Origin: Alphaproteobacteria bacterium
GTDB lineage: Bacteria; Pseudomonadota; Alphaproteobacteria; SHVV01
Direction of reading: 5' to 3'
Assembly: GCA_965261735.1 (NCBI GenBank)
Contig: OZ253470.1
Span: 3,552,001 to 3,616,000 of the forward strand
Length of the DNA stretch: 64,000 nucleotides
A program made the position numbers and the translations under genes. Positions within the stretch are counted from its first letter, which is position 1. Each line of letters starts with the position of its first letter. Positions 20,436-31,270 of the stretch are shown piece after piece. The notes below the pieces were generated by a model that saw only the letters and a list, made by a program, of their open reading frames with translations, was not told the DNA's origin and did not search any database.

Positions 20436-21326
20436 CTACACCTCGCGCGCCACGCGACCTTCCTCGCCGAACAGGCCGTGCGGGCGGAGCAGCAGAATGG
20501 CGACCATCCCGGCGTAAGCCACGAGGTCACGATAGGTCGACCCGCCGAGGCCGACCGCCAGTGTTTCCATAACGCCGAGGATCACCCCGACATAAAGACA
20601 TCCTCTCATGTTGCCGATGCCGGCGACGATGAGGACGACGATCCCCTTGAGGCCCAGCACCAGGCCGACGAAGGGGTAGGTCGAGCCGAAGGTCATCGCG
20701 TTGAGGATGCCGGCGACGCCGGCGAGTGTCGCGCTGACGGCAAAGCCGAGGACGATGACGCGATCGGTGTTGATCCCGACGCACTTGGCGATATCCGGGC
20801 TTTGGGCCAGGACGCGGATCGCCTTGCCCGGGCCCGTACCGCGCAGAAACAGAACCATGCCGACCATCACGCTGACCGATAACAGGATCAGCACGACCTG
20901 CGTGTCCGAGACCTCGAGCTGGCCGATCAGCGCGTAGTAGGTCGGCTCGAAGGGGCGCGGGACGATCTTGGGATCGCCGTCGGTAATGACGGTGACCAGG
21001 TTCTCCAGGAAGAGCGCGGCCCCCAGGGTCGCCACTTTGGTGTTCCACCAGTTGCCGCGCAGCGGCCTCACGGCCAGGCGTTCGACCAGCAGGCCCGTCA
21101 CCATCGCCAGCGCGATCCCGACGACGGCCGCGAGCCAGAAATTCTCAAGGCCGAAATAGTAGGCCAGCAGGAGGCCGTAAGAGCCGACCATCATCGTCGC
21201 GCCATGCGCGAGATTGAGCACGTTCATGGTGCCGAACACGAGGTTGAAGCCGATCGCGACGATGGCGTAGATCGCCCCGGTGGAGATACCGATGAAGATC
21301 TGCTCGGCTAGATAGCCAACCTGCAT
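20436..21326 (-). CDS. Branched-chain amino acid ABC permease (LivH-like)
   Basis: GAIYAIVAIGFNLVFG..NLAHG, GKAIR, RPHGLFG. Confidence 0.9.
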   Translation of the reverse strand: MQVGYLAEQIFIGISTGAIYAIVAIGFNLVFGTMNVLNLAHGATMMVGSYGLLLAYYFGLENFWLAAVVGIALAMVTGLLVERLAVRPLRGNWWNTKVATLGAALFLENLVTVITDGDPKIVPRPFEPTYYALIGQLEVSDTQVVLILLSVSVMVGMVLFLRGTGPGKAIRVLAQSPDIAKCVGINTDRVIVLGFAVSATLAGVAGILNAMTFGSTYPFVGLVLGLKGIVVLIVAGIGNMRGCLYVGVILGVMETLAVGLGGSTYRDLVAYAGMVAILLLRPHGLFGEEGRVAREV

Positions 21327-21521
21327 GTCCGCACCCCTAGCCAGCTCCCCGGCTGGCCCTGCACGCCGCGGTGCGTCCCGGCACGAGGGCGCCGGCGGCC
21401 GCGGCGCCCGATAATCCGGCGTATCGTGTGCTGATGCAAGGTCTGCGGCCGGACCGCTCCGGCGCCCGGGAGCGCGGGTCGACTTGTCGCGAAGCCCACC
21501 ACCCGGTAACGACGGCGTTGT

Positions 21522-21943
21522 CTAGGGCACGACGGTAAAACCCTCACGCTGTGCGGCGGTGGCCAGCCTCTCGTCAAGGCAGACGAAGCCGAGCGCGCCG
21601 GGGTCATCTCCGGCGGCGACGAGACCAGCGGCAAGCTGAAGCGAATCCGACGCCCGCAGGGCGTGCGTCCGCAAGACTCGGAGGGCTAGGACGCGGACCT
21701 TCGTCGACGGGTCACCTCCACCCAGGATGGCTCCAGCGCCCGCAGGCGGGCCATCGTGGCGTTCGCGGCCGCAACCGAGATATCACCCGCGCGTTCCCGC
21801 CGTGCGACGGCGGAGGCGCACTCGACCGGCGTGCCCCACCACACGATCATGCCGCCATCGGCTTTGAGCATACCGAGCAGGTTCTCGCGCGCCGGCTCAG
21901 CAACGAGCAGCGGTACGACGGCGGAGCTATCCCAGAACTTCAG
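21522..21943 (-). pseudogene. VapC/PIN toxin, frameshifted
   Basis: KFWDSSAVVPL..WWGTPVECASA then, in another frame, LRASDSLQLAA..FVCLDERLATAAQREGF; CTG at the expected start. Confidence 0.8.
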
Positions 21944-22165
21944 CGGTCCTCCACTCTTTCTTCGAGGAGCGCCGCCAGCACGCTGCGCCGGGAGCGCTCC
22001 GGATCCGCCATCAGGAGCTTGAGCGGCACCGGCTGCGAGGGCCGGCGGACGAGGCCGGCGTCCTCCAGCCCCGCGAGGCGCTCGTCGGCGCCGGCCACCC
22101 CGCCGACGCGCTCGATGCGCGCGATCGGCCGGTTCCGCTCGAATACGAGCACGGTCTCGCGCAGG
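21940..22165 (-). pseudogene. Phd/YefM-type antitoxin, 5' truncated
   Basis: ETVLVFERNRPIARI..LLEERVEDR; stop overlaps the toxin start. Confidence 0.65.
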
Positions 22166-22229
22166 CGCTTGAGCGCGGCCGTGAAATCTGCTCCACTTTT
22201 TCGGCGGAGTCGACGCGAGGGATGTGGCG

Positions 22230-23894
22230 ATGACGAACGAGCTGATGAATCCGTGCGGTGAGTTCACGCACCGGGAAATGCCCCTGGCACGGCGCCCCGG
22301 CCTCGGCGCGGGCAGCACCGTCGGGCTGCTCCACAATGGCAAGAGGAATGCCGATCGGTTGGTCGAAGACGTGGCCGCACTGCTCAGCGAGCGCGTCGGC
22401 GGCCTCAAATTCGTGCGCATGGGTAAGGAATCCAGTGTGCCGGCGGACTTTTCCGCCGGCTTCCTGGAGGAGTGCGATCTCGTCGTCGCCGCGCTCGCGG
22501 ATTGAGGCTCGTGCACGTCGTGGTGTATCCATGACACAGTCTTCTTGGAAACGCAGGGCATAGCGACCGCGACGCTGTGCACCGACGAGTTTCATTCGCT
22601 GGGCAAGGCGGAGGCCGAGATCCTCGGCATTCCCGGCCTGCCGCTGGTCATCATCCCGCACCCCATGGCCAAACGGCGGCCCGACGAGGTCGCCGAAATC
22701 GCCGCCGGCGCGATCGACGAGATCGTCGCCGCCTGGACCGGCGATCCGGCCGAATTGTCGGCAACCTATGCGGCGCGAGTCCCCGACCAACTCGCCCGTC
22801 TGCGCTATCATTCGTTGTTCGAGGGCAATTTCAGCGCGCCCGATGCGCCGGAAACCTTCGGCGCGCCAGACGGACTCGACGCCGTCAACACCCTGTTGCA
22901 GCGCCGAGGCTGGACCGATGGTCTGCCGGTGGTGCCGCCGACCCGGGCGCGCTGGGAAGCCATGCTGGGTGACTGGAACAAAGAGGACCTCCTCGGCCTG
23001 ATCGAGCCCAAGTTGGGTCGCGCCACGGCCGGGAGAGTCGCGGCCAACGCGGTGATGGCCGGTGCGCACCCCGAGCAGTTTCCCGTGCTCGCCGCTGCCG
23101 TGCGGGCCGTGACCGAAGCGCCGCTCAACCTCAAGTCCCTGCAAGCCACAACCCATCCCTGCACCGTGATGATGATGATCAATGGGCCCGTAGCCGAGCG
23201 GGTTGGCGTCAACGCGACCTACAACCTGATGGGCCAGGGCCGCCAGGCCAACGCGGCTCTCGGGCGCGCGCTGCGCTTCGTACTGCTCAACATCGGCGGC
23301 GCCACCCCGGGCGTGCTCGACCGCGCGACCATGGGCACGCCGGCGAAGTACACCTTCTGCTTTGCCGAGAACGCAACCGACAACCCGTGGCAGCCGCTAC
23401 ACGTGGAGCGCGGCTTCCCGGCCGAGCAAAGCACCGTCACCGTGGCCGGCGTGGAAGGGCCGCACAACGTCAACGACCACTACGGCCGAACCGCCGAGGA
23501 AGTGCTGCTGACGGTTGCCGGTACCCTCGCCACGACGGGCTGCAACAACGCCTACATCGGCGGCGAGATCATCGTCGTGCTGGGGCCCGAACACTGCGAG
23601 ATCATCGCCCGCGACGGCTTCTCGAAGGGCGATGTGAAGCGCTTCCTGCTCGAGCGCGCGATCGTGCCGGGCTGGCACATTTCGGAGGCCCAGGGCGAGG
23701 CCATGGCCGCGCGCGTTCCCGAGCGCTTCATCGGCGCCGACTGGCGCCAGGGCGTGCGCATGTTCTCGCACCCGGACGACGTGGTCGTGGTGGTCGCCGG
23801 CGGCGCCGGCCGGCACTCCTGCATCATCCCCTCGTTCGGCTACACGAGGTCGGTCACGGTACCGATCACCGACGCGACGGGGGCGGCGCTGTAG
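22230..23894 (+). CDS. Predicted UGSC-motif selenoprotein fused to a large WTDGLP-domain protein (Sec TGA at 22503-22505)
   Basis: ORFs 22224..22505 and 22545..23894 are in frame; read-through gives ALAD-U-GSCTSWCIHD; SECIS-like hairpin downstream. Confidence 0.85.
22517..22535 (+). promoter_or_regulatory. Candidate bacterial SECIS hairpin
   Basis: GTCGTGG-TGTAT-CCATGAC, 7-bp stem (one G-U) beginning 11 nt after the TGA, G at loop position 2. Confidence 0.7.
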
Positions 23895-23918
23895 GCCTCT
23901 TCGGGTGAGGGACCAGCG

Positions 23919-24422
23919 CTAGTCTTCCGGCGCGGCGGAGCCGTAGGCGCCGCGGAAGAACAGCAGCGGCTGATAGCGGGAGTCGCGCCAAACCCGCAGC
24001 ACGCGGCAGACGAAGATCACGTGGTCGCCGCCATCGTACTGGTGCCAACCCTCGCACTCGAACACGGCAAGCGAATCATTGAGGACGGGGCAACCGGTGG
24101 CGCCGAGGCGGTGGGGCAGGTCGCGCCACTTGTCGGTCAGGGCCGTCGCGAACCGCTCCGACAAGCTGCGCTGATGGGCGGCCAGTACATTCACGGCAAA
24201 GTGCGAGGACCGCTGGAAGGCGTCAACGCTATTGAGCGACCGCGCCAGGCTGAACAGTACGAGCGGTGGCTCGAGAGAGACCGAATTGAACGAGTTCACC
24301 GTTACGCCGCAGGGCTCCGCGGAGTCGTCGCGACAGGTGACGATTGTCACCCCTGTGGCAAAGCAGCCCAGCGCCTCCCGTAGGACACGCGGATCGGGTG
24401 CCGACGGTTCGACAGCTTTCAT
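23919..24422 (-). CDS. Flavin reductase (HpaC/DIM6-NTAB family)
   Basis: LGCFATGVTIVT, NSFNSVSLEPPL, GGDHVIF, PLLFFRGAY. Confidence 0.93.
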   Translation of the reverse strand: MKAVEPSAPDPRVLREALGCFATGVTIVTCRDDSAEPCGVTVNSFNSVSLEPPLVLFSLARSLNSVDAFQRSSHFAVNVLAAHQRSLSERFATALTDKWRDLPHRLGATGCPVLNDSLAVFECEGWHQYDGGDHVIFVCRVLRVWRDSRYQPLLFFRGAYGSAAPED

Positions 24423-24645
24423 GCGTGCCTTCCCTCGCGGCTCCGCGCGTTACCGGGTCGTCTCGGCGCGCTGGCGTGGGACCACCTTGACGACCTCGGG
24501 CGCGTCGATCAACAGGGTCTTTTCCAGGCCGCGCGATAGATCATGTTGCCGCCAATTGACAACGAACACGGTGGATGCGTTCATGCGGCCTTGCCGCTAC
24601 ATGGCAAAGGAAAGCCCCCCCAGCAGGGCCTCGGGTGATGACGGC

Positions 24646-25530
24646 ATGACCGACGAAGGGGATATCAAGTACATCGATGTCGAGGGCATACGTACTCGAT
24701 ATTTCGAGAAGGGGAAGGGCGAGCCGCTCGTATTGATCCACGGCGGCGCCATGGGCACAGGCTCATCGCTTGGCATTTTTGGAGAGAACCTTGATGCACT
24801 CGCCAGGTCTTTCCATGTGTTTGCCTTCGACAAGATCGGCCACGGTTACACGGACAATCCAGAGACTGACGACGACTACACCATCGAGCGCATGACTGCG
24901 CACGCCTACCAACTCATTCGCGCCGTGGGGTTGGACAGAACAAACCTGATCGGGCAATCGAGGGGAGCGTTCAACGGCGTGTCACTGTGCCTCGACTACC
25001 CGGAGCTGGTCCACGGTTTCGTGCTGTGCAACAGCGCGTCGATGACGCCCGGGGTCGCCGCAATCCCGCCCTTTAGCAAAAAGGCCAGGGCGGAGGCGCC
25101 GTTCGAGGCCGGAACCAAAGAGTGGGTGAGGTATCGCTCCGAGATCATGTGCTACTCGAAGGCGTGCGTGAGCGATGATTACGTGGACGAGTGGCACAAG
25201 GTCTATCACCTGCCGAAGTCGACGGTGGCGCGCGAGAAGATGAAGACCTTGGGCCCCGGCCTTTTCGAACCGGGCTTCGATGCCGTCAAGGAGCGCGAGC
25301 TCGCGCGCATCCGCGAGGGTGCGCTGCGTGTCCCGACCCTGGTTCATTGGGGTAAGAACGATCCGTCGGCCGCGTTGGACCCGATGGGCTATAGCGTGTT
25401 CAATCTCCTGTCGGAGAACGCTGCCGAAGTGTCGATGTACGTGGCCAACCAGGCCGGGCATTTCGCCTTCAAGGAAAAGCACGCCGATTTCAATCGCGTC
25501 GTGACCGGCTTCTTCGAGTCGCTTGACTGA
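24646..25530 (+). CDS. Alpha/beta hydrolase (ring-cleavage product hydrolase/deformylase-like)
   Basis: PLVLIHGG, DKIGHGYTD, GQSRG, AGHF; start placed at ATG 24646. Confidence 0.85.
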   Translation: MTDEGDIKYIDVEGIRTRYFEKGKGEPLVLIHGGAMGTGSSLGIFGENLDALARSFHVFAFDKIGHGYTDNPETDDDYTIERMTAHAYQLIRAVGLDRTNLIGQSRGAFNGVSLCLDYPELVHGFVLCNSASMTPGVAAIPPFSKKARAEAPFEAGTKEWVRYRSEIMCYSKACVSDDYVDEWHKVYHLPKSTVAREKMKTLGPGLFEPGFDAVKERELARIREGALRVPTLVHWGKNDPSAALDPMGYSVFNLLSENAAEVSMYVANQAGHFAFKEKHADFNRVVTGFFESLD

Positions 25531-25548
25531 CGCGCGGCAACGGGAGGG

Positions 25549-26595
25549 ATGACTATGCAGATGGCAGACTCGGCGTTAACGCCGCTGTTCATGGAGGAGT
25601 TCAAGTGGTGCAAGGTGGGGGCGAACGAGAGCGTCGCCATCGTCACGGAATCGGAATCGCGCTGGCAGTATGCGCAGGCGGCCCAGACCGCCTTGGCCGC
25701 CATTGGGGCGCGCGCGTTCCAAGTGATGTTGCCCAGTACATCGGCCGAGCAGACCGGGACACCCCGCATCCAGAGGGGCGGCGCGAGCTCGGTGGTGCTC
25801 GATGATTTTCCCGAGGTCACCGAGCTCCTGAAGGGAGTCGATTTCGTCGTCGACCTCAGCCTCGAGGGCCTGCTCCACTCGAAACAAAGAGGCGAGATTC
25901 TCGGGAGCGGCACGCGGACGCTACTGATCAAGGAGCCCCCCGATGCCCTCGCCAGGCTGCTGCCGACGGAGGAGCGCAGCCGGCGCATCGATCAGGCCGT
26001 GGCGCGCTTGAGTGATGCGGCGGAGATGACGGTAACGTCGGAAGCCGGGACGAACTTTCGGGTCGATCTGCGCGGCGGCATCGTCAAAGGCGCCTACGGC
26101 TACTGCGACAAGCCGGGAACGTCGGCGACCTGGGCGACCTGCGCGGTGATTGCCTACCCCTCGTCGCTGGAGGTCAATGGCGACGTCGTGCTGGCGTGCG
26201 GCGACATCGTGTTCCCCTTCTACCGCTACATAGAGAGCCCCGTGACCCTGCGCTTCAAGGACGGCTTCGTCGAGGAGGTCGCGGGTAGCGGACTGGATGC
26301 CGAACTCATGCGCGACTATTTCGGGCGCTGGAACGACCGCAACGCCTACGGCATCTCGCACGTCGGCTGGGGGCTGCACGAAAGGGCGCTGTGGGATGCG
26401 CTGGCGTTCTACGGCAAGGAAGCCGCGGGCGTCGACGGCCGCAGCTTCGAGGGCAACTTCCTTATCTCGACAGGTCCCAACTACGCGGCGAACCGGCACA
26501 CGCCCTGCCACTTCGACATCCCCATGCGGAACTGCAGCATACATGTGGACGGGAAACCGGCGGTGCTGGAAGGAAAGGTCGTGGGCAACGCCTAG
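25549..26595 (+). CDS. 2,5-dihydroxypyridine 5,6-dioxygenase (NicX)-like protein
   Basis: YGISHVGWGL, DGRSFEGNFLISTGPN, TPCHFDIPMRNCS as recalled for the NicX/peptidase M29-like fold. Confidence 0.78.
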   Translation: MTMQMADSALTPLFMEEFKWCKVGANESVAIVTESESRWQYAQAAQTALAAIGARAFQVMLPSTSAEQTGTPRIQRGGASSVVLDDFPEVTELLKGVDFVVDLSLEGLLHSKQRGEILGSGTRTLLIKEPPDALARLLPTEERSRRIDQAVARLSDAAEMTVTSEAGTNFRVDLRGGIVKGAYGYCDKPGTSATWATCAVIAYPSSLEVNGDVVLACGDIVFPFYRYIESPVTLRFKDGFVEEVAGSGLDAELMRDYFGRWNDRNAYGISHVGWGLHERALWDALAFYGKEAAGVDGRSFEGNFLISTGPNYAANRHTPCHFDIPMRNCSIHVDGKPAVLEGKVVGNA

Positions 26596-26616
26596 GCCCG
26601 GAAGGAGAGACGACCG

Positions 26617-27657
26617 ATGCAGTATGCGGTGTTCATGAATTTCCAGTGCCGCGACGGACAGGACTACAACTCGCTCTACCGCAGCCGGCTCGAGGAGGCG
26701 GAGTGGGCCGAGAAGCTCGGGTTTTACGGGGTGTTTCTCGCCGAGCACGCGTTTTGCGAGCACGGCCGCCCCTCACCCGCGGTCACGCTCGCCAACATGG
26801 CCGCGCGGACCAGCCGCCTGCGGCTGGGTACGGCCGTCAGCGTCCTGGCCTGGCACAATCCGCTGGAGGTCGCCCAGGACTACGCGACGCTCGATATCAT
26901 GTCGGAGGGCCGCGTCGATTTCGGCGTCGGGCGCGGCGGGTTCAAGCGCGAGTTCGACGGCTACGGCGTCGACTGGGTGGAGTCCCAGCCGCGCTACCTC
27001 GAGGCCCTCAAGATCATCCTGCAGGCTTGGAAGGGAGAGCCGTTCTCCTACGACGGCGAGTTCTTCAAGATTCCCGAGGTCGCGGTCAATCCGGTGCCGG
27101 TTCAGCGCCCGCATCCGCCGCTATGGCAGCCCACTCTCTTTCCCGCATCCATGCATGCGGTCGTGCCCCAAGGCATAACGCCCATCGTCGGCGCATCCTT
27201 CAGCCCGCTGCACGTCGTCAAGAAGAACTTCGAGCACCTTGCCGAGGCGATGGAGAATGCGGGGCGGACCGACATGTGCCGGGTCGGCCACCCGCTCATC
27301 TTCCTCAGCGACACGGTCGAGAAGGCCCGCGAGGAGGCAAGAGAGGGCGTCGAGTGGCTGGTCGACGACTTCGCCGGCATTTTCGAGCTGCCCGAGGGCG
27401 AGGTCTATCCGGAGCAGTTCAAGGGTCGCGAGAAGATGGCGCAGTACGTGCGTTCGCTGACCTACGAAAAGATCGTCGAGGAGGACCTGATGTGGATCGG
27501 CGACCCGAACTACGTCACCGACCGCTTGCGCTGGCTGCGCGACGAGTGCGGCGCCAATTTCATTATCTCGAACATGAGCCCCGGCGGCATGGAGCACGAG
27601 AAGGTCGCGAAGTCGATGGAGCTACTAGCAACAAAGGTGATGCCGCAACTCGCATAG
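26617..27657 (+). CDS. LLM-class flavin-dependent monooxygenase
   Basis: AEH, RLRLGTAV, ATLDIMSEGRVDFGVGRG, PVQRPHPPLW, VMPQL. Confidence 0.92.
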   Translation: MQYAVFMNFQCRDGQDYNSLYRSRLEEAEWAEKLGFYGVFLAEHAFCEHGRPSPAVTLANMAARTSRLRLGTAVSVLAWHNPLEVAQDYATLDIMSEGRVDFGVGRGGFKREFDGYGVDWVESQPRYLEALKIILQAWKGEPFSYDGEFFKIPEVAVNPVPVQRPHPPLWQPTLFPASMHAVVPQGITPIVGASFSPLHVVKKNFEHLAEAMENAGRTDMCRVGHPLIFLSDTVEKAREEAREGVEWLVDDFAGIFELPEGEVYPEQFKGREKMAQYVRSLTYEKIVEEDLMWIGDPNYVTDRLRWLRDECGANFIISNMSPGGMEHEKVAKSMELLATKVMPQLA

Positions 27658-27786
27658 CCTCGAGGAGACGATCGACCGCGCGGGAGCGCGCCGTTGCCTA
27701 TGCCATAGGGGGACGAACCGGCCGAATGATCTCGAACCCGGCGAACGATCGATCCCGTGACTTGCGGGATCCCCGGGACTACACGA

Positions 27787-28074
27787 TCACTGTCGTTGAG
27801 CTTGCCGCAGACGCGACGACTTTTTGCTCTTGGCGGCCGCTTTCTCGGCGGCGGCCTCCTCGGCGGCTCTCTTGTCGGCCGCCTCTTTCGCTAGGCGCAG
27901 CCCACGCAGCTTCGCGGTGTGATCCGCTTCCTGCTGCCGTGCTTCCTCTTTTTCTCTTAGGTCCTGCTCGTCCTTCCGCTGGGTTGCGGAGAAGTGCCCC
28001 TCGGCCCTCGATCTCGCTGACTTCAGCATTTTCGGCAATCCTCTGTTTCGGTTCGAGGGATTTGTCGTTGCCAA
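27787..28074 (-). CDS. Small basic hypothetical protein downstream of the cold-shock gene
   Basis: TAKLRGLRLAKEAA motif; start uncertain. Confidence 0.6.
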   Translation of the reverse strand: MATTNPSNRNRGLPKMLKSARSRAEGHFSATQRKDEQDLREKEEARQQEADHTAKLRGLRLAKEAADKRAAEEAAAEKAAAKSKKSSRLRQAQRQ

Positions 28075-28196
28075 CGAAGGGACCGGGAATCAGTCGGCCT
28101 AATTCCCTCGGTCCGGCGACGCGACCGTTGCCGGCCGCGTCGCCGATCGCGCGTGGCGACCGCCCCCAGCGTTGGCTAGAGGCGGTGCCCTGCGGG

Positions 28197-28406
28197 TTAG
28201 TCGATGAGGGTCAGGTTCTCGGCGGAGGATTTGCCGTTCTGTCCGGGCTGAAGATCATAAGAGACCTTCTGCCCCTCGTTAAGCGTACTCAATCCGGCAC
28301 GCTCGACGGCCGAAATGTGAATGAAAGCGTCTTTCGAGCCGTCTTCCGGCTCGATGAACCCAAAACCCTTGGCCGGGTTGAACCACTTTACGGTACCAGT
28401 TGTCAT
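28197..28406 (-). CDS. Cold-shock protein (CspA family)
   Basis: GTVKWFN..KGFGFI..FIHISAVERAG. Confidence 0.96.
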   Translation of the reverse strand: MTTGTVKWFNPAKGFGFIEPEDGSKDAFIHISAVERAGLSTLNEGQKVSYDLQPGQNGKSSAENLTLID

Positions 28407-28649
28407 AGTCATTTCCTCTAACGGGAGTGTTGATTCCGCGCTTCACATCATGTGCCGGCGCGGTCGGTTTAACGCTCACATTGTCAGGGGATAGCTAAGA
28501 CAGCCGGCATGCCGGTTATCCAGATGTCACGAATCGAATGCAATACGTATATAAGTACAATAGTGGACTCTCCCCGAAATTGCAATGAAGCGGTGGCCGT
28601 CCCGGGCATTTAGCGTCCTGGGCCCCCGCGCCATATCCCCTCGGGCGCC

Positions 28650-30099
28650 GATCGTGTCCCGCGGAGTGGTGTAAGAGCGTTGCGCTCTACGCGGCTCCCG
28701 GCGGGTAGGGCCGGGACGTTCAGGCTGCCACGGTGGGCAGCGTGATGGGGACACCATCGCTCAGCGGAGCGATGGATTCCAGCGTCATGTATCTCCTTGA
28801 GACGGCCCACTCGTCGTTCTGCTCGAGAAGGATGGCGCCGACGAGCCGTGTGATGGCGGCTTCGTTGGGAAAGATACCGACGACGTTGGTGCGACGCTTG
28901 ACCTCGGCATGGAGCCGTTCGATCGGGTTTGTGGAGTGCAATTTCTGGCGGTGCTCCCTGGGGAAGCTCATGTAGGCGAGGACGTCGTGCTCGGCTTCGT
29001 CCATGAGAACTGCCAGCTTGGGCACCTTGGGCCTGAGCTGGTCGGCGACCTGGCGCCACTGGACCTTCGCGCTTGTCGGCGTCCTCCTGGGCGAAGGCGG
29101 TGGCGACGAAGGCGGAGACGACGCGCCGGCCCTGGCGGCCGGCATGGGCCAGCAGGTTGCGGGCGAAGTGCACGCGGCAGCGCTGCCATGTGGCGCCGAG
29201 GATCCGGGTCGCGGCGGCCTTCAGGCCCTTGTGGTCGTCGGAGATCACCAGCTTCACGCCGCGCAGCCCGCGCCGGGCCAGCGAGCGCAGGAACTCGGTC
29301 CAGAAGGTCTCGGCCTCCGACGCGCCGATCGCCACGCCCAGGACCTCGCGGCGGCCTTGGTCGTTGACGGCCACAGCCACGGTCACCGCGACCGAGACGA
29401 TGCGTCCGGTCTGGCGCACCTTCACGTAGGTGGCGTCGAGCCACAGATAGGGCCAGTCGCCCTCCAGCGGTCGATCGAGGAAGCCGGTGACCTTATCGTC
29501 GATCTCGCCGCACAGCCTGGAGACCTGGCTCTTGGAGGCGCCCGACATCCCCATCGCCTGAACCAGATCGTCGACCGAGCGGGTCGACACCCCCTGGATG
29601 TAGGCCTCCTGGATCACCGCAGCCAGCGCCTTCTCGGCCATCCGCCGCGGCTCCAGGAAGCCCGGGAAGTAGCTTCCCTTCCTCAGCTTCGGGATCTTCA
29701 GCTCGACCGTGCCGGCCCGCGTCTCCCAGGACCGGTCGCGGTAGCCGTTGCGATGGGTGATACGATCCGCCGAGCGCTCGCCGTGCCCGGCGCCGGTCAG
29801 GCCCTCAACCTCCAGTGCCATCAGCCGCTCGGCCGTGAAGCCGATCATCTCGCAAAGCAGATCGGCATCGGAGCTCTTCTCCAAAAGCGCGCGCAGGGTC
29901 ATCATGTCCTGGGTCATCGTGGTTCTCCTTCGGGTCAGGTTGGTTTGCACTAGCCCAACCCTAAACCGGAACCGCGATGGCCTCCGCTGTGGATAGCCGG
30001 CTTGCCTACGCCAGACTCTCGGCGGTCGCTACGGCAAGCCGCCTACCCACAGCTAACAGAGGCTCCAACAACTCCTACACCACGTCCTGGGACACGACC
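28650..30099 (-). mobile_element. IS256 type B copy 2, transposase frameshifted
   Basis: Near-identical to 11031-12479; extra T near 29074; flanks CGGGCGCC/TAATTTAC are not a TSD. Confidence 0.95.
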
Positions 30100-30673
30100 T
30101 AATTTACCATATGAGTGAGTTGCATTTTGTCTTTGATTCACCCGCCACCAGTTCCGAAAAACACCCCGATGCCCCCCCCCGAAACGCGGGCGAAGCAACC
30201 TCCGAGTGACCGAAGCCTTCCGGTGCGATGCCGGCGATCGATCGCCCATCCTTTGCGGAACTGTTGCGTGAGCGATTCCGTTCAACATAATCGCGCTTGA
30301 GGTTTTCCTTCGGTGCGCGCGGGGGTCCGGCGTCCGGTAGGAGCCTGGGTCTTTCGAGCGGGATGCGGTGCCGGTGCATCGCCCGGCTTGCCCCGGCCGG
30401 CGATGCCGGTTGGGGCGGATTGGACGAGCGACCGAACGATCCCGCGGCGTGGCGGACATGAGGGCGATGGCAAGCCACGCCTGGCGCTGCCGGGCGACCT
30501 GCCGAAATCGTTGCAGTATCTCGACGACGGCCAGCTTGACGAGCCGATGCGGGCTGGCTGGCGGAGGCGCGCCGACGGGGATGGAGAGTGGGAACGACGA
30601 TGCCGGTTCATCCACGAGGCGTCGCAAAATCTCGGCGCCGGCGGAGGTTCGCCCTAGATATTCTGTAGGTCGT

Positions 30674-30955
30674 TGGTAGCGACCGTAAATTTCCCATTTG
30701 TAACGACCCAAATTTTCTCACTTTGGGCTTGTGCTGAAGGCGTACCGGGCCGCTCTGTTGGCTTTACCAACAGAGCGGGATCGGTGCGCGGATGTACAAA
30801 TCGGAAACCAGGATGTTGTTGAAGCACTATCTGGACCGGGGCGTCTCGAAGGCGGAGCTGTCGAGGCGGTTCGGGGTGAATCGTCGGACGATCCACAATT
30901 GGGTCGATACCGGCCAACTGGACCGGGATCTGGCGGCCGGTGCGCGAGGGTACGT
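30674..30955 (+). mobile_element. IS21-family left end with truncated istA
   Basis: TG..GCGACCGTAAATTTCCCA with a second subterminal repeat; HTH ORF MYKSETRMLLKHYLDRGVSKAELSRRFGV from 30792. Confidence 0.65.
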
Positions 30956-31270
30956 GAAGGCCCTCAGGATGAAGCGGTGGAGGGAGAACCGTCCATCCCA
31001 TTAGTTGGGGTTGCGGCCGTGACAAGAAGGTCGAGGAGGTCTGTGGCGAGCATGCCTACGAGGGCATCTCCGGCCACGGCTGAGGCTCCACGGCCTCGGT
31101 CCGCGACGGCCGGAGTATGGCTGCACCGGTTTAGAAGACGTTGAAACCTACCTGAATGAGTGGCATGGGCAGGAAGAGCTTCCCCGCCTCATTGAAGAGT
31201 GCGCCCAGGCCGTAAGCGACGAGGCGTCCGGCTAAGCCATCCAGAGGATAAACGTCGAGTGTGGCCAAGG

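Noticed and set aside
30955-31200. Possible degraded IS1595-like remnant
   Set aside because: Too decayed to support a call
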